From positions 224,001 through 288,000 of the forward strand of contig CAWJGT010000034.1 of assembly GCA_963842525.1 (NCBI GenBank): 64,000 nucleotides of DNA, read 5' to 3'. Numbering within the stretch: the stretch's first letter is position 1; each line of letters starts with the position of its first letter. Under the pieces are notes generated by a model, which saw only the letters and a list, made by a program, of their open reading frames with translations, ran no database searches and was not told the origin of the DNA. Of the stretch, positions 8,858 to 64,000 are shown in pieces. Source of the stretch: an uncultured Holophagales bacterium (GTDB lineage: Bacteria > Acidobacteriota > Thermoanaerobaculia > Multivoradales > UBA5704). The translations under genes and the position numbers were made by a program.

Positions 8858-9858
8858 ACTGCCCAGAATTTCCGCTGCGCGTACAGGAGCCGGCTCAGCT
8901 CGCACAGCAGATCGAGGTCGGGCTGCGAAGAAGCCAGGATCCTGTTCAGCAGCCGAACCTCCTGGGAGTCCTCGGGAATGCCGATCTGGGCCAGGATGGG
9001 ACCCACCAGAGCAACTTCCGCCCGCGCCTCGAGCGGGCTTGACGTCAAGAGGTGCCGCGCCAAGTCGAGAGAGATCAGCGCGCCTTCCTGAAGCATCTTC
9101 TCCGCGGCGCAGCGTTCCCTGACCTCGACAAACGCGGCACGCGCCGACTCTTCGCCGAGCGCACCGGCGATCCGCGCGAGAATCCACTCCACCCTGACCT
9201 TGGCACGAATTGCCCCTTGTGCAAGGAAAGAGCGAGAATGCTGCAAGACCCGAAGGGCCTCCGCCGGGCGGCCCGAGTTGGCCAGGTAAAGCGCCAGGTT
9301 CTGGAGCGCTGATCGCAAAAGCTCCTCGCCCTTGGCTGAAGATGAGTGGTCTGCGAGTGTTTCGACGGCGCCCAGCGCGACCCTCCAAGCATCATCCGGT
9401 CTTTCAGACTGGTCGAGGATCATGGCGTTCAGCAGCAAGATCGACGAGTGGGCAAGAGGGTCTGCCTGCTTACACTGAAGGGCGGCAGCTTGAGAGAGAG
9501 CTTCGGAAGCTCTCTCTAGCCTGTGCAGGTCGTACAGGAGTGAAGCCTTGAACTCGAAAAGGCGGGGCTCCACTGTGCAGAGAGCCAGTGCCCTGTTCAG
9601 ATGAGCCTCGGCGCTCGTGAATTCTCCCATGACCCTGTGGGCGTTGCCCGCGTATCCATAAAGCCGAGCCGCCGTGTGCGCGTCGGTTTCCGGAGGAAGA
9701 CCGACCAGGGCGGCATCGCACCAGGCCCGCATCGCGGCAGGATCACGGTACCGCAGGGCAAACCCGTGCTCAGCCAGAGAGAGGCGTTCCCCCGCCGTCC
9801 CCGGCTGGTTGCGAAAGTAGAGAGCTGCAGCTTCAGGGTCTCGGAAGCGCAATTTCAT
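8854..9858 (-). CDS. Tetratricopeptide-repeat-like all-helical protein (334 aa)
   Basis: TPR-like helices, e.g. YAGNAHRVMGEFTSAEAHLNRALAL and LQNLALYLANSGRPAEALRVL. Stop codon overlaps the HTH stop (convergent genes). Confidence 0.8.
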   Translation of the reverse strand: MKLRFRDPEAAALYFRNQPGTAGERLSLAEHGFALRYRDPAAMRAWCDAALVGLPPETDAHTAARLYGYAGNAHRVMGEFTSAEAHLNRALALCTVEPRLFEFKASLLYDLHRLERASEALSQAAALQCKQADPLAHSSILLLNAMILDQSERPDDAWRVALGAVETLADHSSSAKGEELLRSALQNLALYLANSGRPAEALRVLQHSRSFLAQGAIRAKVRVEWILARIAGALGEESARAAFVEVRERCAAEKMLQEGALISLDLARHLLTSSPLEARAEVALVGPILAQIGIPEDSQEVRLLNRILASSQPDLDLLCELSRLLYAQRKFWAV

Positions 9859-9926
9859 CCCCTCTTAACTTCGGAAAGCAGCGAGCGGGATGATAACGCG
9901 ACGACGCTGCAAGGGGAAGCTTCGGC

Positions 9927-10223
9927 TTACGCCCCGCCTGGGCACCCATTGGGGTCAAGTGAGCATCGACCATCGCCCAATGACTCGGGCGCGGGCTGGG
10001 CCGGTGCCGGCGCCCCGTGCGGGCACCCGTCGGGGTCGATGGTGCAGCGACCATCGACATGCAAGTTGAACCAGGCGGCGACGTCACCCCAGATGCTGGC
10101 GAGCCAATCGAACGCCGAAGCCTGATCAGCGCTACGGATCTCTCTTTCCTGGGCGGCAACGGCCACCGGCATGCACGCCAGCAAAATCGCGACCGCACTC
10201 GCGGTCAGTACTTTCCGGAACAT
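9927..10223 (-). CDS. Small secreted peptide precursor with two DGRCxxDPxGCP motifs
   Basis: RBS GAGGAGG before MFRKVLTASAVAILLACMPVAVAA (Sec-type signal peptide). Mature part contains DGRCTIDPDGCPHG and DGRCSLDPNGCPGGA*. Confidence 0.8.
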   Translation of the reverse strand: MFRKVLTASAVAILLACMPVAVAAQEREIRSADQASAFDWLASIWGDVAAWFNLHVDGRCTIDPDGCPHGAPAPAQPAPESLGDGRCSLDPNGCPGGA

Positions 10224-10396
10224 CTGAAACCTCCTCGAAGACGTAGCCAGCGCCGCCAGCATGGCGGGCGGGCGATACCGCGGATGTCGGAACTCGGGTA
10301 AAGGAACGTCTGCGGGAGAAATTCTACACCCTGTCCTGTGCCCTGGGTCAACCCCCCGGGCCGCCGGCGCAACGCTCCGAAAAAGTTGGGGGGCCC

Positions 10397-10864
10397 TCAG
10401 GACGGTTTGGGCAGCCGTTCCAGCCGGGTCCTGTAGACGGGATTGCGCTCGAAGATCAGCTCGAGGTCGTGGCTCCCGATCCGGAGGTGGTCCACGGTGA
10501 TGACCGCCGCGCCCAGCCAGGCGCCGCCGTGCTCGCCGCAGACCCAGCGGTCGATCCGGTGCCCCGCTTGAGCGTAGGGAAGACCGGAGCGAGCCGGTCG
10601 AACATCTCCTCGGACAGGAGGGCCGGGAACCCCGATCCGGACTGGTACCGCGGATCGACGATGATCGGGCACATCTGGCAGCGCAGGTTGCAGCGCGCCG
10701 CCACCTCGATGTAGGCCTCCAGCGGCCGCGCGGACAGCGTCGCCTGCCCCGCCGCGTACTCGCGGTCGAGCTGCAGGATGTTGGTCCACCGGGCCGGGTC
10801 CATCTGGTGCATGAAATCCTTCTACGCCTGCGGAGGGGGAGGCGTCCAGCGGCGTCTATCCTAC
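10397..10864 (-). pseudogene. Radical SAM gene remnant, copy 2 (internal deletion with frameshift)
   Basis: MHQMDPARW...PLEAYIEVAARCNLRCQMCP (CxxxCxxC)...FPTLKR is fused out of frame to the C-terminal HRIDRWVCGEHGG...RLERLPKPS*. Most of the barrel is missing. Confidence 0.8.
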
Positions 10865-10877
10865 CCGGTCGGTCCGC

Positions 10878-12140
10878 TCAGGGCGAATCCAGCACGGTCT
10901 GCACGTCGTCCCCCACGACGTCCTCGACGTAGAGGAGCTTGACCGCGACCATGACCGCGGCGAGGAAGGGAACGGCGACCAGCATGCCGAGGAAGCCGAA
11001 GACGACTCCCATGAGGGCCAGGCCGAGCAGGGTCAGAACAGGCGGCAGGTCGAGCCCCTCGTTCATCAGCAGGGGGATCAGGACGTGGTTCTCCAGGAAC
11101 TGGATCGCGATGTAGGCGAGGGCCACCAGGAGGGCCTTCTGGGGCGAATCGAGCAGCCCCATCGCCACCGCGGGGATGGCGGAGAGCAGCGGACCCACCA
11201 TGGGCACGAACTCCAGCAGGCCGGCGAGGATGCCGAGCGCAAAGGCTGCCTTGACTCCGATCAGCTTCAGGGCGATGGTGGTCACGACACCGATCACCAC
11301 CATGGCGATGAGCTGGGTGACCAGCCAGCGGCGCAGGGTGATGCCGATGGCGGTCAGCACCTCGGCCGCGCGGGGCCGCGCGCGGTGCGGGACCAGGTGC
11401 AGCAGGCCCCGGTAGTAGAGCTGCGGATTGGACGCGATGTAGATGGTCAGGAAGATGATCAGGATCACCCCGGTGACCACCGCCACGGTCGACGACAGGA
11501 ACGAGAACAGATAGCGAGTGACCGCTCCCAACTGGCCGGAGAGGGTCTCGGGCAGATTCGAGAGCTGGCCCGACGGCTGTGCTCCCTGGTCCGCGGGAGG
11601 CTCCTCCCCGGCCGCAGGACCGCCAGGCCCCGGGGCTGCGGACTGGCGCTGCGCAGGCGAAGCCGGAGCCTGCTGCGGGCCGGCCGGTTGGCCGGAATCG
11701 AGGGGCAGCATGCGACCCAGGAAGCCGTCCTGGTGACGGTACATCCAGGCCTCCACCTTGCCGATCGCCTGGGGCACGGCCGTGCGCAGCTCCCTGAGCT
11801 GTGCGCCGAACGTCGGTCCCGCCCAGGCGCCCAGGCCGACGAGGAGCCCCAGAAACGCCAGGACGATCAGCGTCGCTCCGATCCCGCGCCGGATCCGCCA
11901 CCGTTCCAGGTATTCCGCCCCGCGCGCCACGGGCAGCGCGAAGAGCACGCCGAGGAACGAAAGGAAGAGCAAGGGATAGACGAGCCAGAGCAGCCGGGCC
12001 GTGAGATAGACCGCCAACACCAGCGCCGCGGCGCGCAGCACGTCGGCGCTCCGCCACCCCGACATCCGAGCAAGCGCCTGCGCGCTCCGCGGGGGCGCCG
12101 CGGGCGTACGTGCCTGGGGCACACCGAGATCGATCGCCAT
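10878..12140 (-). CDS. AI-2E family transporter
   Basis: 420 aa with multiple TM segments; family motifs LEFVPMVGP and QFLENHVLIPLLM...LPP. Confidence 0.92.
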   Translation of the reverse strand: MAIDLGVPQARTPAAPPRSAQALARMSGWRSADVLRAAALVLAVYLTARLLWLVYPLLFLSFLGVLFALPVARGAEYLERWRIRRGIGATLIVLAFLGLLVGLGAWAGPTFGAQLRELRTAVPQAIGKVEAWMYRHQDGFLGRMLPLDSGQPAGPQQAPASPAQRQSAAPGPGGPAAGEEPPADQGAQPSGQLSNLPETLSGQLGAVTRYLFSFLSSTVAVVTGVILIIFLTIYIASNPQLYYRGLLHLVPHRARPRAAEVLTAIGITLRRWLVTQLIAMVVIGVVTTIALKLIGVKAAFALGILAGLLEFVPMVGPLLSAIPAVAMGLLDSPQKALLVALAYIAIQFLENHVLIPLLMNEGLDLPPVLTLLGLALMGVVFGFLGMLVAVPFLAAVMVAVKLLYVEDVVGDDVQTVLDSP

Positions 12141-12356
12141 ACCGTTCTGACAAGCAAAGGAGATGCCGGCGGTTCCGCGCCTGCCACCACCGCGCCGGCG
12201 CGAACGCAGTCGGGATCTGCCGGGGAAGGGTGGCCAGGGGCGGTTGTCACGAATCCCCTGCTCTCTGCACTAGAGGTATTGAGGCCATGGCGGGCTCGTG
12301 AAGCCGCAGCGACGGCGCTCGGCGCGGGACTTGATTCGGTTCGAGGGGCTTTAGCG

Positions 12357-13169
12357 ATGTTGCAAGATAACGAAGTCGAGATCTACCATCGAGACGGATT
12401 CCTATTCGTCCCGGCCTGTTTCTCCGAGGCCGAGGTGAATGTCTTGCGGGCGGCACGCGATGCGGAGCTGGCCCAGGAGTCGGAACGCCGCGTCAACGAG
12501 AAGAACGGCAAGGCCGTGCGTTCCGTGTATGGCTCTCACAGGACCAACGAGGTGTTCGATCGCCTGGCGCGGCACCCGCGCCTGCTCAACCCCGCGCGCC
12601 AGATCCTGGGGAGCGAGGTCTATGTCTACCAGTTCAAGATCAACGCCAAGGTCGGTTTGGAAGGAGATGTCTGGCAGTGGCACCAGGATTATGTGTTCTG
12701 GCTCCGCGAGGACGGCCTTCCCGCTCCGCAGCTCGTCAATGTGGTCGTCTATCTGGACGAGGTCAACGAGTTCAACGGCCCGATGATCCTGATCCCGGGA
12801 TCCCAGGGAGGGGACGTCATCGAGGTCGATCCGTTGCAGGACAAGCCCGCTCCCTATGCGGACAAGCCCGACTGGATCTCGAATCTCACGGCCGACCTCA
12901 AGTATTCGATTGACAAGGAGACTTTAGCCCGGCTGCTCCGCCAGCGCAGCATGGTGGCTCCCAAGGGGCCTGCCGGATCTGTCCTGCTCTTCCATCCCAA
13001 CCTGGTGCATGGATCGGCCCAGAACATGTCCCCCTTCGACCGGACGATCGCGATCGTCAGCTACAGCCGTGTGGACAACATCCCCCAGCGGGAGGTCCGG
13101 CCGGAGTTCCTGGTGAGCCGCGACCACCGGCCGCTCGAGCCGGTGCCCGATAACGCGCTGACCGCCTGA
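12357..13169 (+). CDS. Fe(II)/2-oxoglutarate dioxygenase, PhyH family; probable L-proline 4-hydroxylase
   Basis: MLQDNEVEIYHRDG...VYVYQFKINAK...WQWHQDYVFWLREDG (HxD)...HGSAQNMSPFDR...RPEFL. From recall it closely resembles actinobacterial proline trans-4-hydroxylase. True start is ATG 12357, not 11085. Confidence 0.85.
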   Translation: MLQDNEVEIYHRDGFLFVPACFSEAEVNVLRAARDAELAQESERRVNEKNGKAVRSVYGSHRTNEVFDRLARHPRLLNPARQILGSEVYVYQFKINAKVGLEGDVWQWHQDYVFWLREDGLPAPQLVNVVVYLDEVNEFNGPMILIPGSQGGDVIEVDPLQDKPAPYADKPDWISNLTADLKYSIDKETLARLLRQRSMVAPKGPAGSVLLFHPNLVHGSAQNMSPFDRTIAIVSYSRVDNIPQREVRPEFLVSRDHRPLEPVPDNALTA

Positions 13170-13340
13170 GAGAGCGCCGCGGATTTCCAATCCGCAGCCT
13201 CCTGTCCCGAATCCCCCGCCCCCCTGCACCAGAGGGTTTGGTATCATGACGGGTTACTGAGGCTCCTGGAATGAGGAGATGAGAAGAGGAAAAGCGTTAT
13301 CCAGTTGAGGAGCAAATGCGAGTGATCGGCGAGGTGCTAT

Positions 13341-60756
<47,416 letters not shown>

Positions 60757-60761
60757 GAGAT

Positions 60762-63700
60762 ATGGCCGAGCTCAACGGCTCCGAGATCGCCCTTATCGGC
60801 ATGGCGCTCCGTTTCCCGGGCGCGAATTCTCCGGAGCAGTTCTGGGACAACCTGAAGAACGGGGTCGAATCGATCCGCTTCTTCACGGATGAAGAGCTGC
60901 TTGCGGCGGGCGTGCCCGCGGCCCAGCTCTCCCGCCCCAACTACGTCAAGGCCCGGCCCATGATCGAGGGGATCGACCTGTTCGACGCCGACCTATTCGG
61001 CATCCCCTCCCGCGAGGCCCGGTTCATCGATCCGCAGCATCGCCTTTTCCTGGAGTGCTCCTGGGAGGCGCTGGAGCGGGCCGGCTGTAACTCCGAGAGC
61101 TACCCCGGGCTGGTCGGTGTCTACGCCGGGTGCGATCTCAACAGCTATCTGCTGAGCTATTTCACGAACGCGCAGGCGGTGGCGGAGGCAGCGCCGATGC
61201 AGATCGAAGTGGCGAGCGACAAGGAGTACCTGGCTTCCCGGGTCTCCTACAAGCTCGACCTGCAGGGGCCGAGCGTGGTGGTGCAGTCCGCCTGCTCCAC
61301 CTCGCTGGTGGCCGTCCACATGGCCTGCCAGGCACTGCTCTCGGGCGAGTGCGACATGGCCCTTGCGGGCGGCTCGTCCGTCCGCGTGCCGCAGGTCGGC
61401 GGCTACTCATCGCTGGAGGGAGGGGTCCATTCTCCCGACGGCCATTGCCGCCCCTTCGACGCCCACGCTCGGGGCACCGTCTTCGGCAGCGGCGTGGGGG
61501 TCGTCGTCATCAAGCGGCTGGCCGATGCGCTCGCCAACGGCGACATCGTCCATGCGGTGATCAAGGGCTCGGGGATGAACAATGACGGGGCCCGCAAGAT
61601 CGGTTACACGGCTCCCGGCGGGGATGGGCAGACGCGCGTCGTGCGGGCCGCCCAGCTCGTGGCCGAGGTGAGCCCCGAGACGATCACCTACGTCGAGGCG
61701 CACGGCACCGCAACGCCGCTGGGCGATCCCATCGAGGTCGCGGCGCTCACCCAGGCCTTCCGCGCCGGTACGGAGCGCAAGGGGTTCTGTGCCATCGGCT
61801 CGGTGAAGGGCAACATCGGCCACCTCAAGACGGCTGCCGGGGTGGCCGGGCTCATCAAAACGGTCCTCTGCCTGGAGCACCGGGAGCTGCCGCCGAGCCT
61901 CCACCTCGAGCGGCCGAGCCCGCACATCGATTTCGCCAACAGCCCGTTCTTCGTCAACGACCGGCTGCGCGCCTGGGAGCCGGCGGCGGGCGAGCCTCTG
62001 CGTGCGGCCGTCAGCTCGTTCGGGGTCGGCGGCACGAACGCGCACATCATCCTGGAGGAGGCGTCTCCTCCCGAGACCGGCGAGCCATCCACCGCGGCGC
62101 GCCCGTGGCAGCTCCTGCCGCTCTCCGCCAACACCCCCACCGCTCTCGATCGCGTGCGGGCCAACCTGGCGGATCACCTCAGGCACAGCTCCGCGCCGCT
62201 GCCGGACATCGCCTGGACCCTGCAGGTGGGGCGCCGCGCCGGCAGGCACCGCGCCTTCGTGACAGCCCACAGCCACGAGGAGGCGATCGCCGCCCTGGAG
62301 GCTCCGGAACGCGTGCAGAGAGCCTTCCAGGAGATGCGCGACCGTCCGGTGGCCTTCCTGTTCCCAGGGCAGGGTGCCCAGCATCCCGACATGGGGCGGG
62401 ACCTCTACGAGACGGAGCCTGCGTTCCGCGAATCCCTGGACCGTTGCTGCGAAGCCCTGCGACCGCTCCTCGGCCTGGACCTGCGGCAGGTGATGTATCC
62501 ACAGCCCGGCGCAGCCGGGGAGGCGGCCCGCCGCCTCGAGCAGACGGCCCTCGCCCAGCCGGCGCTGTTCGCCGTCGAGCACGCCCTCGCCCGTTTGTGG
62601 ATGAGCTGGGGGATCCGGCCGCAGGCCATGCTCGGCCACAGCCTCGGCGAGTACGTCGCCGCCTGCCTGGCCGGCGTCTTCTCCCTGGAGGACGCCCTGG
62701 CCCTGGTGGCGGAGCGAGGGAGGCTGATGCAGTCCCTGCCCCCGGGCGCCATGCTCTCGGTCCCCCTGTCCGAGGACGAGCTGCTCCCTCTCCTCGGCTC
62801 CGGCCTCGCCCTGGCCGCCGTGAACGGCCCGTCCCGCTGCGTCGTCTCGGGCTCGGAGGACGCGGTCGCCGCGCTGGAAGCCGGGCTGGGCGCGCGGGGC
62901 ACGGCCGGCCGGCGCCTCCACACCTCGCACGCCTTCCACTCGGTGATGATGGAGCCGATCCTGGCCCCCTTCGCCGAGCGCGTCCGCGCCGTGCGCCGCG
63001 AGCCGCCGCGCATCCCCTTCGTCTCGAACCTGACCGGCACCTGGATCACCGCCGACCAGGCCACAGATCCCGGCTACTGGTCACGGCATCTGCGGCAGGC
63101 CGTCCGCTTTGGCGACGGCCTGGGTACCCTGGCCAGCGACGGCAAGGCGGCGCTCCTGGAGGTCGGCCCCGGCCAGACGCTTTCCACTCTCGCCCGGCAG
63201 GTACCGGGCGTATCGCGTCCGGTAAGCTCGCTCCCCCAGGCGCGGGACGGACGCTCCGCGGCGGAGCACCTGACCGAGGCCGTGGGACGGCTCTGGCTGG
63301 CCGGCGTCGCGATGGACTGGCCGGCCTATCACGCGGGAGAGGACCGCCGCCGGGTCGAGCTGCCCACCTATCCGTTCGAGCGGAAGCGCTACTGGATCGA
63401 GGGTGGGCCCCCCGCAGCCGCCGCACCCAGGCCGGCCGGCCGCCGCGAGCTGCAGGACTGGTTCCAGGTTCCCTGCTGGAAGCCCTCGATTCCGCCGGAA
63501 GTGCCGGCGACGGTGAGCGGGCGATGGCTGGTCTTCGCAGATGCCGCCGGGCTCGGAGAGGCACTCTCCCGTCGGATCACGGAGCGCGGGGGAGACGTTG
63601 TCCTCGTGAAGCCAGGTGACGCCTTCGAGGAGCGCGGCGGCTATACGGAGCTCTTCGCGCGGCTGCGCGGCCAGGGGAAAATGCCCGACCGCGTGCTCCA

Positions 63701-64000
63701 CCTCTGGGGTGTCGGGAAAACGGCCGGTGAGGACCGCTGTTTCTGGAGCCTCCTCTGGCTGGCCCAGGAGCTCGGCCGGCAGGGCCTCGCCTCCGTCCAG
63801 GTCCGCGCGGTCACCGATGGTCTGCAATCGGTAGCGGGCGAGCCGGTGCTCGCTCCCGAGAAGGCCACTGCGCTCGGACCGGTGCGCGTCCTGCCGCTGG
63901 AGCACCCCGGGATCGGCTGCGCCGCCATCGACGTCGTGTTGCCGGCGGACGAAGCCGGGCGCGAGCGGTTGGCGGACCTGCTCCTGGCCGAAGCGGCGGG
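60762..64000 (+). CDS. Type I PKS 4 (partial): KS-AT(malonyl)-start of KR region
   Basis: ATG 60762, MAELNGSEIALIGMALRFPGA...; KS VQSACSTS, EAHGTAT, KGNIGHL; AT FPGQGAQ, GHSLGE, HAFHS; LPTYPFERKRYW linker. Open to the window end, so it is absent from the ORF track. Confidence 0.92.
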   Translation, partial: MAELNGSEIALIGMALRFPGANSPEQFWDNLKNGVESIRFFTDEELLAAGVPAAQLSRPNYVKARPMIEGIDLFDADLFGIPSREARFIDPQHRLFLECSWEALERAGCNSESYPGLVGVYAGCDLNSYLLSYFTNAQAVAEAAPMQIEVASDKEYLASRVSYKLDLQGPSVVVQSACSTSLVAVHMACQALLSGECDMALAGGSSVRVPQVGGYSSLEGGVHSPDGHCRPFDAHARGTVFGSGVGVVVIKRLADALANGDIVHAVIKGSGMNNDGARKIGYTAPGGDGQTRVVRAAQLVAEVSPETITYVEAHGTATPLGDPIEVAALTQAFRAGTERKGFCAIGSVKGNIGHLKTAAGVAGLIKTVLCLEHRELPPSLHLERPSPHIDFANSPFFVNDRLRAWEPAAGEPLRAAVSSFGVGGTNAHIILEEASPPETGEPSTAARPWQLLPLSANTPTALDRVRANLADHLRHSSAPLPDIAWTLQVGRRAGRHRAFVTAHSHEEAIAALEAPERVQRAFQEMRDRPVAFLFPGQGAQHPDMGRDLYETEPAFRESLDRCCEALRPLLGLDLRQVMYPQPGAAGEAARRLEQTALAQPALFAVEHALARLWMSWGIRPQAMLGHSLGEYVAACLAGVFSLEDALALVAERGRLMQSLPPGAMLSVPLSEDELLPLLGSGLALAAVNGPSRCVVSGSEDAVAALEAGLGARGTAGRRLHTSHAFHSVMMEPILAPFAERVRAVRREPPRIPFVSNLTGTWITADQATDPGYWSRHLRQAVRFGDGLGTLASDGKAALLEVGPGQTLSTLARQVPGVSRPVSSLPQARDGRSAAEHLTEAVGRLWLAGVAMDWPAYHAGEDRRRVELPTYPFERKRYWIEGGPPAAAAPRPAGRRELQDWFQVPCWKPSIPPEVPATVSGRWLVFADAAGLGEALSRRITERGGDVVLVKPGDAFEERGGYTELFARLRGQGKMPDRVLHLWGVGKTAGEDRCFWSLLWLAQELGRQGLASVQVRAVTDGLQSVAGEPVLAPEKATALGPVRVLPLEHPGIGCAAIDVVLPADEAGRERLADLLLAEAA

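Noticed and set aside
7652-9388. 578-aa minus-strand ORF spanning the cassette
   Set aside because: Low-complexity R/G/A/P translation overlapping four better-supported genes.
10456-10812. Active radical SAM maturase for the adjacent cysteine peptide
   Set aside because: Only the N-terminal ~78 residues remain before a deletion and frameshift, so it cannot form the enzyme.
11085-12356. 694-aa AI-2E-antisense/dioxygenase fusion ORF
   Set aside because: The N-terminal part is the antisense shadow of the transporter; the dioxygenase domain begins at ATG 12357.
13179-13195. Hairpin GCGGATT-TCC-AATCCGC after the dioxygenase as a terminator
   Set aside because: Short stem with no U-tract; insufficient support.

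Overview
High-GC bacterial window; the gene content suggests Acidobacteriota/Thermoanaerobaculia, which is an inference. It has two parts. (1) A ~10 kb accessory region downstream of a yebC-like gene, bracketed by two direct-repeat, differently deleted remnants of one radical SAM gene. It holds a 1585-aa nuclease-STAND NTPase-helical repeat protein (Avs-like defence candidate), a group II intron with its ORF deleted, and a 21/42-bp tandem array. It also holds a compact five-gene cassette: a secreted peptide with two CxxDPxGC motifs, a TPR-like protein, an XRE-like HTH regulator, a PCD-fold protein and a coiled-coil protein. I could not assign this cassette to a known system. (2) After an AI-2E transporter, a >51 kb hybrid NRPS-PKS lipopeptide cluster runs off the right end. 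It starts with a probable proline 4-hydroxylase and FAAL-ACP loading. Unusual parts are a C-less duplicated A-T module, several non-canonical A-domain pockets, a GYSxG acyltransferase, an in-line sulfotransferase domain and a Cy-A(Ox)-T thiazole module. Three small frameshifts look like read or assembly indels. All domain calls and substrate codes were read by eye, without database searches.
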